Shown: positions 10,728 to 22,984, numbered from the whole stretch's first letter. The stretch: 63,778 nucleotides of DNA, filler included, from Perkinsus chesapeaki ATCC PRA-425 (GCA_013115145.1; 5 parts of 5 records of this genome joined end to end with filler, not necessarily neighbours in it), one strand, 5' to 3'. Numbers and translations: made by a program. The notes: generated from the letters alone by a model not told the origin.

Positions 10728-12978
10728 CCAGGTTAGCTGGGCAGCCTCCAGGCATACTCCTATACTTGCTGGTCAAAGGAGGAGGGGGAGCGATACACTA
10801 TATAAAATAAATATTTATATGTAATTAATATATATAGTTATAAATATGATTATATAGTTAATAATAATAACTATGTAAAATATATTTTACACTATATAGT
10901 AATCTCCCTTAGATTTCCTCTCGGGACAGTTGTGACACAATCTGTGCATTAAATTCGAATGATCGTCGCTGTTGCTGCGGTGATTATGTATATTTTACAG
11001 GTACGTGCTTTAAAATCATATTAATATAAATCTTCGAATTCTATTATTAGTCGTATGCAAGGGCCAGTATCGCGGGTTCGATTCCCGGCAGGTCCATTTT
11101 TCAGTTCCTGGCCGCATAGCTTTATTCCGTTTGCTTCTCTCACTTAAAAAAGAAGCCAACGAGCTACCGCCTATCTTAAGGTGGCGACCGAGAGAGATAG
11201 CAATAGAAATGTTGGTTGAAAAGTAAGACACAAATCGATCAACTGGGCGAGCGCTTTTTGCACAGGTTTGGTCGGTTCACGGCAAGCCGGTTGTGTGTGA
11301 CGAGCATGAGGTTGACAATGCTTGGATACTTTTGGTAAATCGGGAAATTTCTGGAAAAGATTTTTTTCGGTGAAGGATTGAATCTTTTTTTATCTAGATA
11401 CATCGTAATTTGTTATTGATTTAGTTATGTCGTATTACTGTATTGAATAATCATACATGGATCATTGGTAGATTTGATAAATCTTATAATGCTTAATAGT
11501 TTTTAGATTTACACCACTCGAGTTTGTATTGGTATCATTTATATACCAGTTTGTTGTTGGTATATTTCAGGGTGTTCATTTACCTAGGATACAACTACTG
11601 CGAGCGATTTAGGACCCGATATACTCCCACCATTCGAAAGTTGGCGTTTTCTTCTATCAGAGCTTATCTCTGACAGTTTCGCTCGCGCACTACAGAAGAT
11701 TTGTTATCGAGCTTGGAATATACCTCTCTTCACTATCCTTTCGATAGCCTTCGCGGCTACCTGCGGCTACACTTACACGTTTTCTACACTTCGAAAGCGG
11801 AAGCCGGAGAATTTGTTATTTGTTACCGTAATTCTGGAAACGTTGATCAGTGATGGTTGCGAACTTGTTGAATTAACAATGTGGTTTTACATCGTTAAGA
11901 ATTATGCCAGTATTACTTGTATAATGGTGTTGATGATTTTTATTGGTAAGAAATAACCTAGGTACTGATTCTATTTATAATAATTGTATAATTTAGTAAT
12001 AATAATAAAGTTATAGAAAATACCCTAAAAGTGTTATAGATATGGAAACTACTGTACTGTCGCCCAGAAATTGCTCACAGGTACGTGCTCGGAGTGATAT
12101 ACGCCTTGGCTGGCGAGACATCTGGCGCGGAATGCAGTGGGACAAAGGAGTTTGTGTTTGCTCTGGTCATTCAAGCTGTTGTGAGAATGCTGGTTGTGGT
12201 CGGGTAAGTATGCCGATATGCACGCGTGCGCAATAGGGGACAGCGCACACAATCTGATTGAGAAGATTATGTCTACAATTGCAATTGCTCGTAAAATCGG
12301 ACTTGGCGTCTGGCGAAAAGCCAAAACACTTGAGACTCAATCACTTATTCAGATGACTAATTGGTGAATCTCTTGAATTGAGAGCATTTACCGATTCCGC
12401 AGTCTCGCAGAATGCAGATAAGGAATGTGTCAGACTGACACTGTCAGTTTGCCGGCAATGAATAATATTATTATTCTTCCTATTTCGGCAGATACTTTCG
12501 AATGGGCATGCCGAACCCAATCGCCTTGGACAGGAGAGCTGATAGGAGGTTTGCAGTGTGGAGGAGGCGAGCTATGTGAGATCCTGGCGTGTTGGAAAGT
12601 TTACAGTGTGATCGATTTTGATCGTTCAAAATGCAGAAACGTTATAATTTTATCAATTCTGTGACTAATAGCTCCAAGCTCCGAGGATGATACGTTGCAA
12701 GCACGAAAAAACGCAGTTTAATCGTAAAAGGCTGAAGTGATCGGAGCGAAAAAAGAAAATACCATACTGGGAGGGAGCGGAACTTTTAAGCGAATCAACA
12801 ACTGCTTAAGGATTACACTTTATTTTATAATCATTTAGTTCAAACTCCTATAGTATTCATCTATGTTATAACATATATTTTTTATAGTGCTGCATTTCTC
12901 CTTTGACCAGGCAGGTGAATGCCAGTATAGGAGTGTGGCTGCGGGCTGAGCTACCGTAAGGCGGCCCAGCTGGCCTGG
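10728..12978. repeat. Diverged inverted repeat pair (10728-10781 and 12898-12978) bracketing about 2.2 kb
   Basis: Three collinear blocks: ccaggttagctgggcagcct / ccaggccagctgggccgcct, actcctatact, and ctggtcaaaggag (exact), the second copy read as reverse complement. Confidence 0.6.
11072..11101 (+). pseudogene. tRNA 3'-half fragment (T-arm, acceptor strand, T5 tract), possibly tRNA-Ala-derived or a SINE head
   Basis: gcgggTTCGATTcccgg-caggtcc-a-ttttt; no complementary 5' acceptor strand or D-arm upstream. Confidence 0.35.
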
Positions 12979-13231
12979 TATATTCATGAATCTGATTATA
13001 TCGTATTAAATATACCGACACATATATCATTATATTCTATTATATTATTTATTATATTCTATTATATTATTTATTACATTATATTATATTGTTTATTATG
13101 TCCCATAATAAACAAATATTATTACCATTGGAAGTTTGTAATGCACTATATTATGAATTCGTAACTTAACAAATTTCTGATGAACTTATCTGAGGAAGTT
13201 CGGATACCCTTTCTCGTTTTTCAGCCTGCAA

Positions 13232-14307
13232 ATGCAGGAACTGCTGCACGAAAATGACGCAGATCGCGAAGGGAGTGAGGATTACCCGCAACCAACGCCT
13301 GGCGAAGTCTTGGCGAACTTGCCCGTGGGGGAGTATGATTCGTTGGAGAAGTACCAAGAAGAAGATGAGGAACACTCGTAGGTTGCTTGCGCAGTTTTCG
13401 AGTGCTCATCGAGACACTTGTATTGTCGGCTCCTGTGGACATCACACAGAATCCACTCACGCATTTATGATGTAACGCATTTATCGAATAAAATAATGTG
13501 CTGTGTAGTGGGACGCTAGGCTTAGATATGGGGACAGAAATACACAATGATTATCACTGTAACGCACCATTGATAGCATGGCGAAAGTATGCCTTCTTAT
13601 CAATTCAGAAACAATGGCAATAAGTATGATACAGTCGGTTGAAGTATAATTGATGTAAACGTCTTTCAAATACCAATCGAGTCGATCGACTGATAACGAC
13701 GCCAAATGGCTGTAGAAAAGGTGCACCCGAGTCGGGATGCAAGAAAAATGCTTGAGTTTGGAATCGCATTTATTTCTGAAACTTATTGTCCCAGAGTTTT
13801 CAGCCCTCACTGTGTTCAGAAAAAGTCAATATTTCCCGCTTTCCCGCTATCAGAATCGACCGCATTGTATTCGGATGACAAGACAATTATGTCTCACCGC
13901 CGGTTAGACATAATTGTGGAATGGAAAAATTGACATAAATGAAATATCTCCGGTGAGTCACCGGAGATGTATTTCATTTTGCTTCTACGTGAAATTTCAC
14001 GCCAAATTTCATGCATTTCAGAAATATATCAGAGAAGGAAATGCTCAGAAAATATTTTGGAAATGCTACTACTCGTGATCCCACCAAACGGCCGTGTTCT
14101 CAGATGCGCCGTATGCCTGGGGCAGTTCGAGAGCGCTGATACGTGCCGTTTGCTGCCATGCAAGCATATCTTTCACAGGGACTGTATCGACGGTAAAATT
14201 GAATGAAACGAATTCGTGGAAGTCTGGCTGTAGGTTGGCTGCGGCAGTCGACGAAGTGCCCACTTTGCACGCTGGACGTTCGAGAAGGGAAAGAGAAGAA
14301 CCAGTGA
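13232..14307 (+). CDS. RING-H2 E3 ubiquitin ligase (exons 13232-13377, 14104-14192, 14234-14307; may have upstream exons)
   Basis: Spliced translation [42 protein letters not shown]; phase-matched GT-AG introns. Confidence 0.85.
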
Positions 14308-14645
14308 ATGATAAATGGCCCTAAGGGCAGATGTTACGTACGCTTTTCGCCGAATGTTGAGGCAATAATTTCAATATGTTCAAGAATCGCTTGCAATTGA
14401 TACCGCATTTTAGCGGAAGAGTGATTGAGTTGTACTAGTGCTAATTAATAAATCCGATTTATCAAATCGGGAAGTGATCCTGTGCGACCAAAACCGTGAG
14501 GCACCTCGAAAACCCCGTCTGGTAGCCAGGGATACTTAGTCCTTCTGGCGCTGGGGCATCGGAAGGAAAATTTTGGAAGCAACACGGAAGCCTTCAGCCC
14601 GCTGCGGGCTGCCCGCATGGGCACCGAGGTGCTGCATCCTTAAAA

Positions 14646-14771
14646 ATGGCCTCACGCGAGGAAGTTGAGTGTTTTTACTGCGGAAAATGGGACCGCAAGG
14701 ATAACCTCACGAAGAACAGACATTTCGAGAAGCACCACCCGAAGAGCCCTATGGAGGGGCGGTGTCACTGA
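14646..14771 (+). mobile_element. Zinc-finger fragment resembling a hAT transposase N-terminus
   Basis: MASREEVECFYCGKWDRKDNLTKNRHFEKHHP (C2H2), then stop/frameshift; a retroelement remnant follows directly. Confidence 0.35.
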
Positions 14772-14988
14772 GTGACAGTCACTCCATGCATTTCTCCCAA
14801 AGAAACGCACCCGACAGGAGAGTGGTAACGAGCTTGAAGGTAAGAAATTCCGGACAGACTCACAAACCAATTTAACGCCTGAAGTACATTTACTTTACGA
14901 GATGGCATAGAACGCTACGCACGCTACGGGCCTGATATAAGATACATTGCTCATGACTTCTCAGTTGCTTCGGTAGAAGACAAATCGC

Positions 14989-16526
14989 TCAAAGACAGTG
15001 CACGCAATGCTGGTGCATCTCCAATGCATTTTCTTTCCAATAAGCTATTATCCTATTCATCGACAACCATAAGCCATACGGACTGTACATAGAGCCGAAT
15101 GGCATTCTCTCTGAGAGTCTCTCAAACTTGAAAGCTTTACCATTCATTATGGTTCCAGCATATTCTCGATCCCCACAAGCCAGAGAAACTTCTAGGACTG
15201 CGGATGATAGATCCAATAAAATATAATAATCACTACATCTGAAGTAGATAATATTGTAGTAAAGACTTAATCTTGTTCCTCTCTTCCCAGAAGACGTAGG
15301 CAGTAAGAAACAATTATCAGGTCTTGCATCTAGAACCAAGCGGAGTTTGGTAGACACAGAGACCATATCTCTTACTGGAAACATCGAAACGAAGCGTTTC
15401 GTCAGACACAATTTATGAGATCCTTCATCAAAGAGCTCGTTGTCATCTTTAATATAATAAGTCTTAGTCTCGTCCTAGAATTTCCTATTAGAATCTCCAA
15501 ACTTATCGTAGAATCTTGAAGTACTAGCCATCAACCTACTCGACAACGGTGAGAAAATAGTTTGAATGCGAGATAAATTGATATCATGTCTACGATCTTG
15601 TATATTAGATACTAAGTGATAATTGCTAATATAACCAGTCAACTTCTGTGCTCTACGGAAAACTCTATCACGGATCTCTTTTCCTTGAACCTGATTAGGA
15701 GAGCATACAAGTATTTGATATTGAAACCTAAGTAGCTCCAAGAGTTGCTTTGAGCTGCAGCCTGAAGTTCAGGCCCTGCACTATTTCTTCCTCACTTATC
15801 CCTGCAATAAACTCGTTGATCTTGTCGTAGTCCACCTCTTCAATTGAATCAAGCTCCCTTACCTCTTCCGGAGTTAAACTATTGTTCATATTTAAATTTA
15901 TATTGGGATTATTGACTAGATTTAAAGCATTACTCATCATTCTTCTTACTATTCTCCGTTTGCTAAGTTTTCTTAGGGTAAGCTTTCTCACTTAAGTCAT
16001 CATCGTCAAGTGATTGCTCGGCCAAGTTGATAGACTCGTCACAAAAATCCTCATATCTTGAAATAATAGCTCCATAATCACCAGAAGCCATTCTAATATC
16101 CATAAGACGCCGCCTCACTTGGGAGTAATCTGCCGATGATGAATATTCATCATACAAGACCCTCCACATCTCTTTAAGCAGCCCACTGAATGTCTGAGAA
16201 ATATGATAATGTTTCATATGCTTGTCCACAAGACGAGAAGGTTCACCATCGAGGCAGCGATAAACAAAGAAGTATTGCTCAGCAGCATTGGCAAACCGAT
16301 ACGACTGAGTAGTAGTAACCAACGAATAAAACTGACGGATACCACGAGGGTCAGTATCACCTAGGAATGGATCTATCTTCGGAAACAGATCGGACGACTT
16401 CCATGCCTTGGAAACCTTATCAGCATCCTTAATGTCAACGTTCTCATTAATCGCATACGGTATAGGGGCAGGAGGTGCAGCATTCTTTGCTGAAAACGGA
16501 GCAGACATAACCTTTTTGCGAGTCAA
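14989..16526 (-). mobile_element. Degenerate LTR-retrotransposon gag and partial RT, BEL/Pao-like
   Basis: Gag-like ORF 15963-16526 (YFFVYRCLDGEP); RT motifs STKLRLVLDAR, LLDLSSA, RMPFG; several stops and frameshifts; truncated before YxDD. Confidence 0.7.
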
Positions 16527-16616
16527 GCGAGGCGATGGAGGAGGTAACTAAGAGTGGTCCCCGACCACTAGTGTTGTTTCCAAAGAGACTGCGCATGGAG
16601 AGGTGTTGAGATTTGT

Positions 16617-16716
16617 NNNNNNNNNNNNNNNNNNNNNNNNNNNNNNNNNNNNNNNNNNNNTTAATTAATTAANNNNNNNNNNNNNNNNNNNNNNNNNNNN
16701 NNNNNNNNNNNNNNNN
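16617..16716. other. Artificial contig linker (Ns with TTAATTAATTAA six-frame stop)
   Basis: 100 bp, identical layout at four positions. Confidence 0.99.
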
Positions 16717-17198
16717 GAGCGTCACGGCGCTCCGTGTCGCGTGCAGCAGTCTCCTAGAGAACAACTAGCTTTCTCATCAAATCTCATCACACTCAGTGGC
16801 GTATCCTTGCGATTGAACTAGCAAGTTGGGTGCTACTCTCCACTTGCACTCCGGACACAGTTGACAACACCACACTCGAGTTGGATTGAGAGACGCGTAC
16901 ATAATGTACGGTACATTGAAGTTGGGTGATAATTCATACACTACAATGGCCGGAAGCATTGTCTACGATGGGAGTCTAGGACAAGTGAAGTACATAATGT
17001 ACTGTATATTGGCTGGCTGAGCGTGCACGCAGCAATCTGCGCCACGCTCACTACATCAAGATGACTGACTAAATGGCCGTCGATGACAAGATACGACGAC
17101 ACGGACTTCATATGAGTTAATGTGAGCGGAAACATCAACAAAGACCGTACTGGGTCGTGCGTTATCGTACCGTCGGCACGATAACATCATCATCTTGA

Positions 17199-17598
17199 CT
17201 AACAAGGACCCAAGCGGTAGTTTCCCAGGTCGGTGACGTAGATGGCATCATCCTTAAAGTGGAGGTGAACGAGTAAATGAGCGATTGGAGGAGCACCAAT
17301 CTTCTTTACAAGGCTCTTCAGCTTGTCTAGGGATTCCACAGTTATGTCTCCCGTAGAAGGCGTATATTTGTACTCAAAGCCGGTGTCACTGCCGCTCTTC
17401 GTCTCAGTGAGACGAAGCGGTGACACCGCTTTTAGATGTCCATGATGCCTGAATATCAAATGTTGAGGAAGAGCTTGTAGTAACTTTGAAAGTCCCATTG
17501 CCCAATCCAGTAACAGGTGATCCACAATAGCTTCCCGATGGACCATCTCCAGCAAGGGCGCCGCCCAGCACCACTAATAAGACGATAAATGTGCGCAT
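17199..17598 (-). pseudogene. Small secreted protein (P-x-G-x-Y-C family) with a frameshift at a hairpin near 17400-17430
   Basis: Signal peptide MRTFIVLLVVLGGALA, GPSGSYCG motif; C-terminal half (TKSGSDTGFEYKY...YRLGPC) lies in the next frame. Confidence 0.7.
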
Positions 17599-18918
17599 TG
17601 TTTCACTGTTCTCTAAACTGAAAACACACGCTGAACAATCCTTCTCGAAATTGAAGATGCCTTAGCTTTATCCGGTAAATGTCGTCTGTCCCGCTGTCAC
17701 CACGGTGCAGTTGGTGCTCATGTGTGATGGTCGCTTTGTCGTTAGGAGATTACTCACTCTTCCGCTGAAGTTATCAGTAGCTATGCATCTCCTGTATATG
17801 TGTGAGTCTATCTTGTTCGACCGCATGCGCCTATGAGGCTTGGCATTTCCGCGCGGCTGTAGACTCAAAAGTGTGGACGGTTGTGGGGGCGGCGGATTTC
17901 CCAAACGCGCGCGTGCAGCGATTTGGGAAGTAGATTCAGGAGGCTCCTCAATGAAAAGCATGGTCTCCATAATTTCAAACCTGGTAGAGGTGAACAGATC
18001 TGCACATGCTTAAAGATGCCCAGATCAAAGTTTGATCTGGACATCTTTCTGGACCTTTCACAATACATGCCGTGCACCATTAATAGCCTGATTCGCAGGA
18101 GGGTCCGAAAATGGCGACTCTTAGGTTGACGAATGAGGAATACCCGTATACTTCAAATTAACCCGTACACATTTACTCCGTTCACATCCTCACTTTCAAC
18201 CCGTACACCGTCATTTCGTATGCCTTTCTGATTTTCAAGGCAGGATGGCAGTCTCTGTTTATGCGACGACTTTCTCGGTCGCGAAGATTTTCGTTGAGTT
18301 CGGTCTTGGTGCTCTGAAGCTAGGTGCCACCTGTTTATTCTCCGCTATGTTATGCAACATCAACTTAAACTGTTCACCCCATAACGGACCCAGAATTTGG
18401 GATGTGGCTGCCAGCAGTCTTTGCTGCTGGCATGCTGAGGTTATGCCTCAGCTTGCCTTGCCTTGGTGATGCCTTGGCTTTCTGCTTACACAAAGTCTCT
18501 CATGCTTAGTACCTTACATTGTACGGCACAAAGCCTCTACGAAATATCTCAACCATATTTGTATGCCCAAACCGGAAACAGGTACCTCTACGAGGCCCCC
18601 ATAGAAATCTAAATGACCCGATGCTTCCGACCGAGCTTAATATTCACGCTCACCTCAGTCCGGGCTTCGATCAGTCAGAGTTAGCCATCTCCATCCACCG
18701 GCCAATTAACGCGTCTTCTACACGTTCAACTCCTTGGCAATGAATTCGCCACAATGTTCGCCGAATGTGGCATTCCCTTGCGTTGTTGTTCACTTTCAAC
18801 ACGATTCCCACATTAATGGACAGTAATATTTTATAAGGACGTTAGCTGCACTAACTACAGTGAGTAGAATAGGACAACAGTGGCGGAGTCGCAGGTTCGA
18901 TCCTCGGTGGCTCCATTA

Positions 18919-19140
18919 TTAATCAGTGTCCATAGTAACATCAGTAATGAGACTGCTCTTTCGTTGCCTCTTAGGACAGCCGGTTTCCGACATTCGTCGT
19001 CGTTTATGATCCTTCCGTGCCATCCAATCCGCCATTCGCCGTTTCTCTTCGTACTCCTCCCATCCCCGCTGCTCCGCATCTCGGAATGTATCCCTACCGA
19101 AGAGTATCGTGGGCACGGGCAGGTCACTCGCGGATGACAT
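18919..19140 (-). CDS. Hypothetical 73-aa protein
   Basis: ATG-initiated, charged and basic (KRRRMSETGCPKRQRK); no recognised domain. Confidence 0.3.
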   Translation of the reverse strand: MSSASDLPVPTILFGRDTFRDAEQRGWEEYEEKRRMADWMARKDHKRRRMSETGCPKRQRKSSLITDVTMDTD

Positions 19141-19280
19141 TAGAAAGATGAATTACTAAACTGCACAGCAGCAGCAGCTACATTACCCGACCAGAAACTC
19201 AAATCCCACGGCTCAGTGGAGACATAGAGAGCAGTGAAAATGTATAACTGTTACGAAAATAGTTTACACGAAATATACAC

Positions 19281-21372
19281 TCATTTCTCAGTACGTGCTC
19301 GCACCGGCCGACTCGACAACGGAGGGCTTAGAAAACGTATTTGCCCCAGTTCGTCATAATCGTCATCGTCATCATCGCCCAATGCCGACAGCGACCCTCG
19401 CCGAAGCGCCGGGGCTGCCGGCATTGTAACAATATTCGCGCTGGCAGTCCGGACTCGATTGGCGAGCCAAAGCTTGCGCGGAGTTATACAGTATTCAACA
19501 AAGTTGCGCATAATCAGAGCTAGCTTCGCGGGCTGCTCCTCCTCCACCTGAAAACGTGCACTAAGACGTTGATCAAAACTACACAGAATTTCGACCGTAG
19601 ATTCATCGCAGACAATAAGCTTTGCTATTACGTGAAGAGACCAGCATAAAAGCAATCGAACGTTGTGAAGTTTACAATTAAGGTAACCATTCGCTCAACC
19701 AAAGACTGCAGTCCCCCCTCACCGGGACCGCAAAAGCACGAAGTTTCCTCACTAGTTATTTGCCCACATACCTACATCGGTCGTCGTATCCAACACTTCC
19801 ATCCCTCACCACACCCCCGATTATTACCAGATGTCCGCACCTCGGCACCACTTCCCACCGCACATCGCAGCGTTTGGACAACAGATGGGTGAAGAACCTC
19901 TGATACTCCCTCTTCGGCACTACCTTATCATGATCACCAGTCAACAATAGTATAGGGCACGACGGCAAGTTCTGTGGTATCTTCCAGTGTACATTAGTAC
20001 GCTGCTTATTCATCTCAACTATCGCAGCATCCCAACCCTCCAACCTGGTAGGGGTGCGATAGTCCTCCTTCAACCACTCAGGTATCTTGTTGCTCCTGTA
20101 CCATGATTTCTTCATCATAAAGTCTGCCACCTCCGACCGGAGCATCGACAATGATAGAGCTCGACTGACGTTACTGGTGAGTATAGACCTTATCACCCCA
20201 GGAAGGCCCATTCCCGTTGTCACCGTCGGTGAAATCAGGACCACGCCGGTCACCGAACCCGTGTTCCGCGCAGCCGACTCCAAAGCCAGTAAAGCCCCGG
20301 CACCAACACCCACGAGGATCTGCGGCAAGCTGTCAGCGGTGTACCGCTGGAACAGCTCCACTGTCTCCCGGGCAAAGGCGACCGAGTACGGCGGCAAGAG
20401 CACAGGACGACCATCTGGGCCCATTATGTGGACTGCCGCCGCAGGATCTTTCGGTCTCTCTGTAAAGCCATGAGCAGGTCGATCGAAGCACGTGACGTTG
20501 GCATTGCATTCGTCTACCAGCAAAGGAACCGCTCGCTTCCAAGTGAAACAGCCACCACCGAATTGGTGTATTAGTAGAAGGTTGACAACAGGTGTAGTGG
20601 AGCGAGCTGTTTGGTAGTAACAAAGTATGCCACCAGCAGTGTCACGGTAAGGCCAGTCCATTTCGTTATAGTCCATACCGGTTGCAGTGCAAAGGTAGTG
20701 GGCATCTGGACCGTGGGCGAAGACACGGTGCGACGAGTCCGATACACCCGAAGACGCCTTGGAACCAACCTCTAGATCACCTTCGCTGTCACCACTGCTG
20801 AACAGGGATATTTCTTCAGGTCGATCAGGAGCAAGTAAAGGGGCCTCCAGGTCTGCATTGTTGGGTCTATGATGACGATGTCGATGTCGACGATGGGCGA
20901 AAGGGAACCGAGATGTCAGTCGGAAGTTGGCATTGAACCGCCATAGCTTTCTTTGCCTCACCCTGTCAGAGTGCTTCAGAAAGAAAACGCCTTCGAGCAC
21001 GCAAAGTACCACAATTGTGACGGTTTCGGCGGGCATCTTCTCGGAGGTCATATAGAGCCACAGTGAGTATATTATTGACCCAACAACGGTCGCCGATACC
21101 ACTATGTCAGGTACAAGAGAGGTTTTGCGACGGTATTGAAAGGCAATATTAATGAGAATAAAGCGACCAACGAACACACTTACGTATTCGTAGAGAGTCA
21201 CAGGATGATCACGGTACTTGTTCTCGAAGTCGCCGAGAGATGACAGACAGACAATCAAATCAAGCAAGGTAAGTATACGCGGAATCCGAGATTTAAGCAG
21301 GAAAAGCAAGCAGTTCACAGCAAACTTCAGGGCGAATAACCATTCCAACGCCTTAGATGAAGCCTCGGCCAT
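19281..21372 (-). CDS. Membrane-anchored alpha/beta-hydrolase-fold protein (exons 21372-19828 and 19547-19281; about 603 aa)
   Basis: N-terminal hydrophobic helices; LLIHQFGGG, CFDRPAHGFTERP, LLTGDHDKVVP, spliced CGHL/VEEEQPAKL. Confidence 0.85.
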
Positions 21373-21493
21373 TTTTACAGTATCATGGGCCGTATCCGAG
21401 GTTGATCCGGGGATTTCAAAAAAGCGCGCGCCATTGTGATCGATTATCTACCTTGGCGACCAATTTCTAAAGTACGTTGTTGCTTCTTCTTAT

Positions 21494-22984
21494 ATGACCG
21501 AGCCTGTAGTGAATCAAAGTGGATCCTCCACTGGCTCCGTCACCAGCCCCGAGGTGAATCCTCCAAACTGCGAAGGCGGAAAGTCGATATCGCTCACACT
21601 TACAGACGAGGACGATACCATCAGATTGGGGCAGCAAATCGCCAGTGTTTTGCGACCGGGATTGACGGTTCTGTTGAAGGGGAATCTCGGTGCTGGAAAG
21701 ACTTGTTTGGCTCGGGCATTGCTGCGGCATGTGATGCAAAAGGAGACATTAGAGGTGCCTAGTCCGAGCTATTTGATTAGCTTTACGTATGTTGTTGAAG
21801 ATGATAATGGACTTTTGACCAAAGGCTCGAAGGTAGTAGACGGGGAATGAGATAATGTAGAACTACTTATCAATAATTATATTATTGGTATGTGGGCTGA
21901 AGGATATGAGCCATATTAGCTAGTTGACAACTCCGTATTAATGTTGAAGATCCGTTCAAAAGTGTACCCAAATATGAGCTGCTCAGAAATATTCACCTTA
22001 TTTGCAATAATGAATTTACACCAATGCGATTGATTAGTGCGTCTATGGCTACTCTAAAAGTTTGCAACATACTTATTAAATTTTCCGACGAGTAGCGTGT
22101 GAAAAAATAACAGAGTGTCAAGGTGATATGGAAAGCTCTTTGAGTGCAATAGAAAGTTATGAAACCTCCGAGACACCTTGTTGAAGTGTTAAACAAAATT
22201 GCGCTGAGGTTACTTCACGTAGCAGTCTCGAGTCCGATGAACTATGGTGAAATAGTGGTAGACTTGGTCCAAGCGGCTCGGTGGTGACGTATCAAACTGA
22301 CCAAATGGTACATAAGCTAATAACCCGTCGGCCTTGAATCGATTCATTCAAAGAGCCATGCATTTCAGAAATATCCTGTGTTATCCGTCTCAGGTACACC
22401 ATCTCGATCCCTATAGACTTGCCTCTGGTAAAGTAGCTGCTCTATTCGACTTTGACACTGCCTTCAAGGAGGATGTTACTATTATAGAGTGGCCAGAACG
22501 ATTGGGTAGTGTGGGAGGGTGATGTCCTTCTTTGATAGAGACTGAATAAATTAATCAAAAGGTTGAGATATTAAAAGGATGCCGATTATGGATTAAAAGT
22601 ATAAATCGGGTGAAGTGGATACGATAAGGGAAGCGCTCACTAGCCTTATATTCAATATGAGCCTCCTTGAGTTTTTTCGCGGCATTTTTGTGCGAAAAAT
22701 GGACTTTCCGTACCCCAGGATCGAACCTGCGCCGATGTCTTCATTTAGGGTCCAACGTCATTCCGCCCAGCGATTCCTCCTTAACAGTCTACTTCAGCGG
22801 TGTTGGTCCACAGGCAGTGGGGCGGCATGTTACTCTGAGCTGTAGTGATGATGCCCACTACTGGTCGGCTGTACTGAAAGAATGGCCACCTAAGCTCCGA
22901 TTGGGGAAGCCACGGGAGAGCACTGATGGACTGGACCAGGAGGAGAAAGCGGGAAATACGGTATTAAGGGACAGGGGGGACTAG
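21494..22984 (+). CDS. tsaE: TsaE/YjeE t6A-biosynthesis P-loop ATPase module (exons 21494-21832, 22394-22505, 22749-22960 or -22984)
   Basis: Walker A GNLGAGKT, VPSPSY, VHHLDPYRL, IIEWPERLG and C-terminal GRHVTL; phase-matched GT-AG introns. Confidence 0.92.

Noticed and set aside
13000-13160. AT-rich tattatatt tracts (also 10790-10900)
   Set aside because: Simple low-complexity sequence with no stable unit
16661-16672. TTAATTAATTAA as a biological motif (also 48029, 59521, 62633)
   Set aside because: Six-frame-stop linker centred in identical 100-bp N blocks; gene neighbourhoods across these points are artificial
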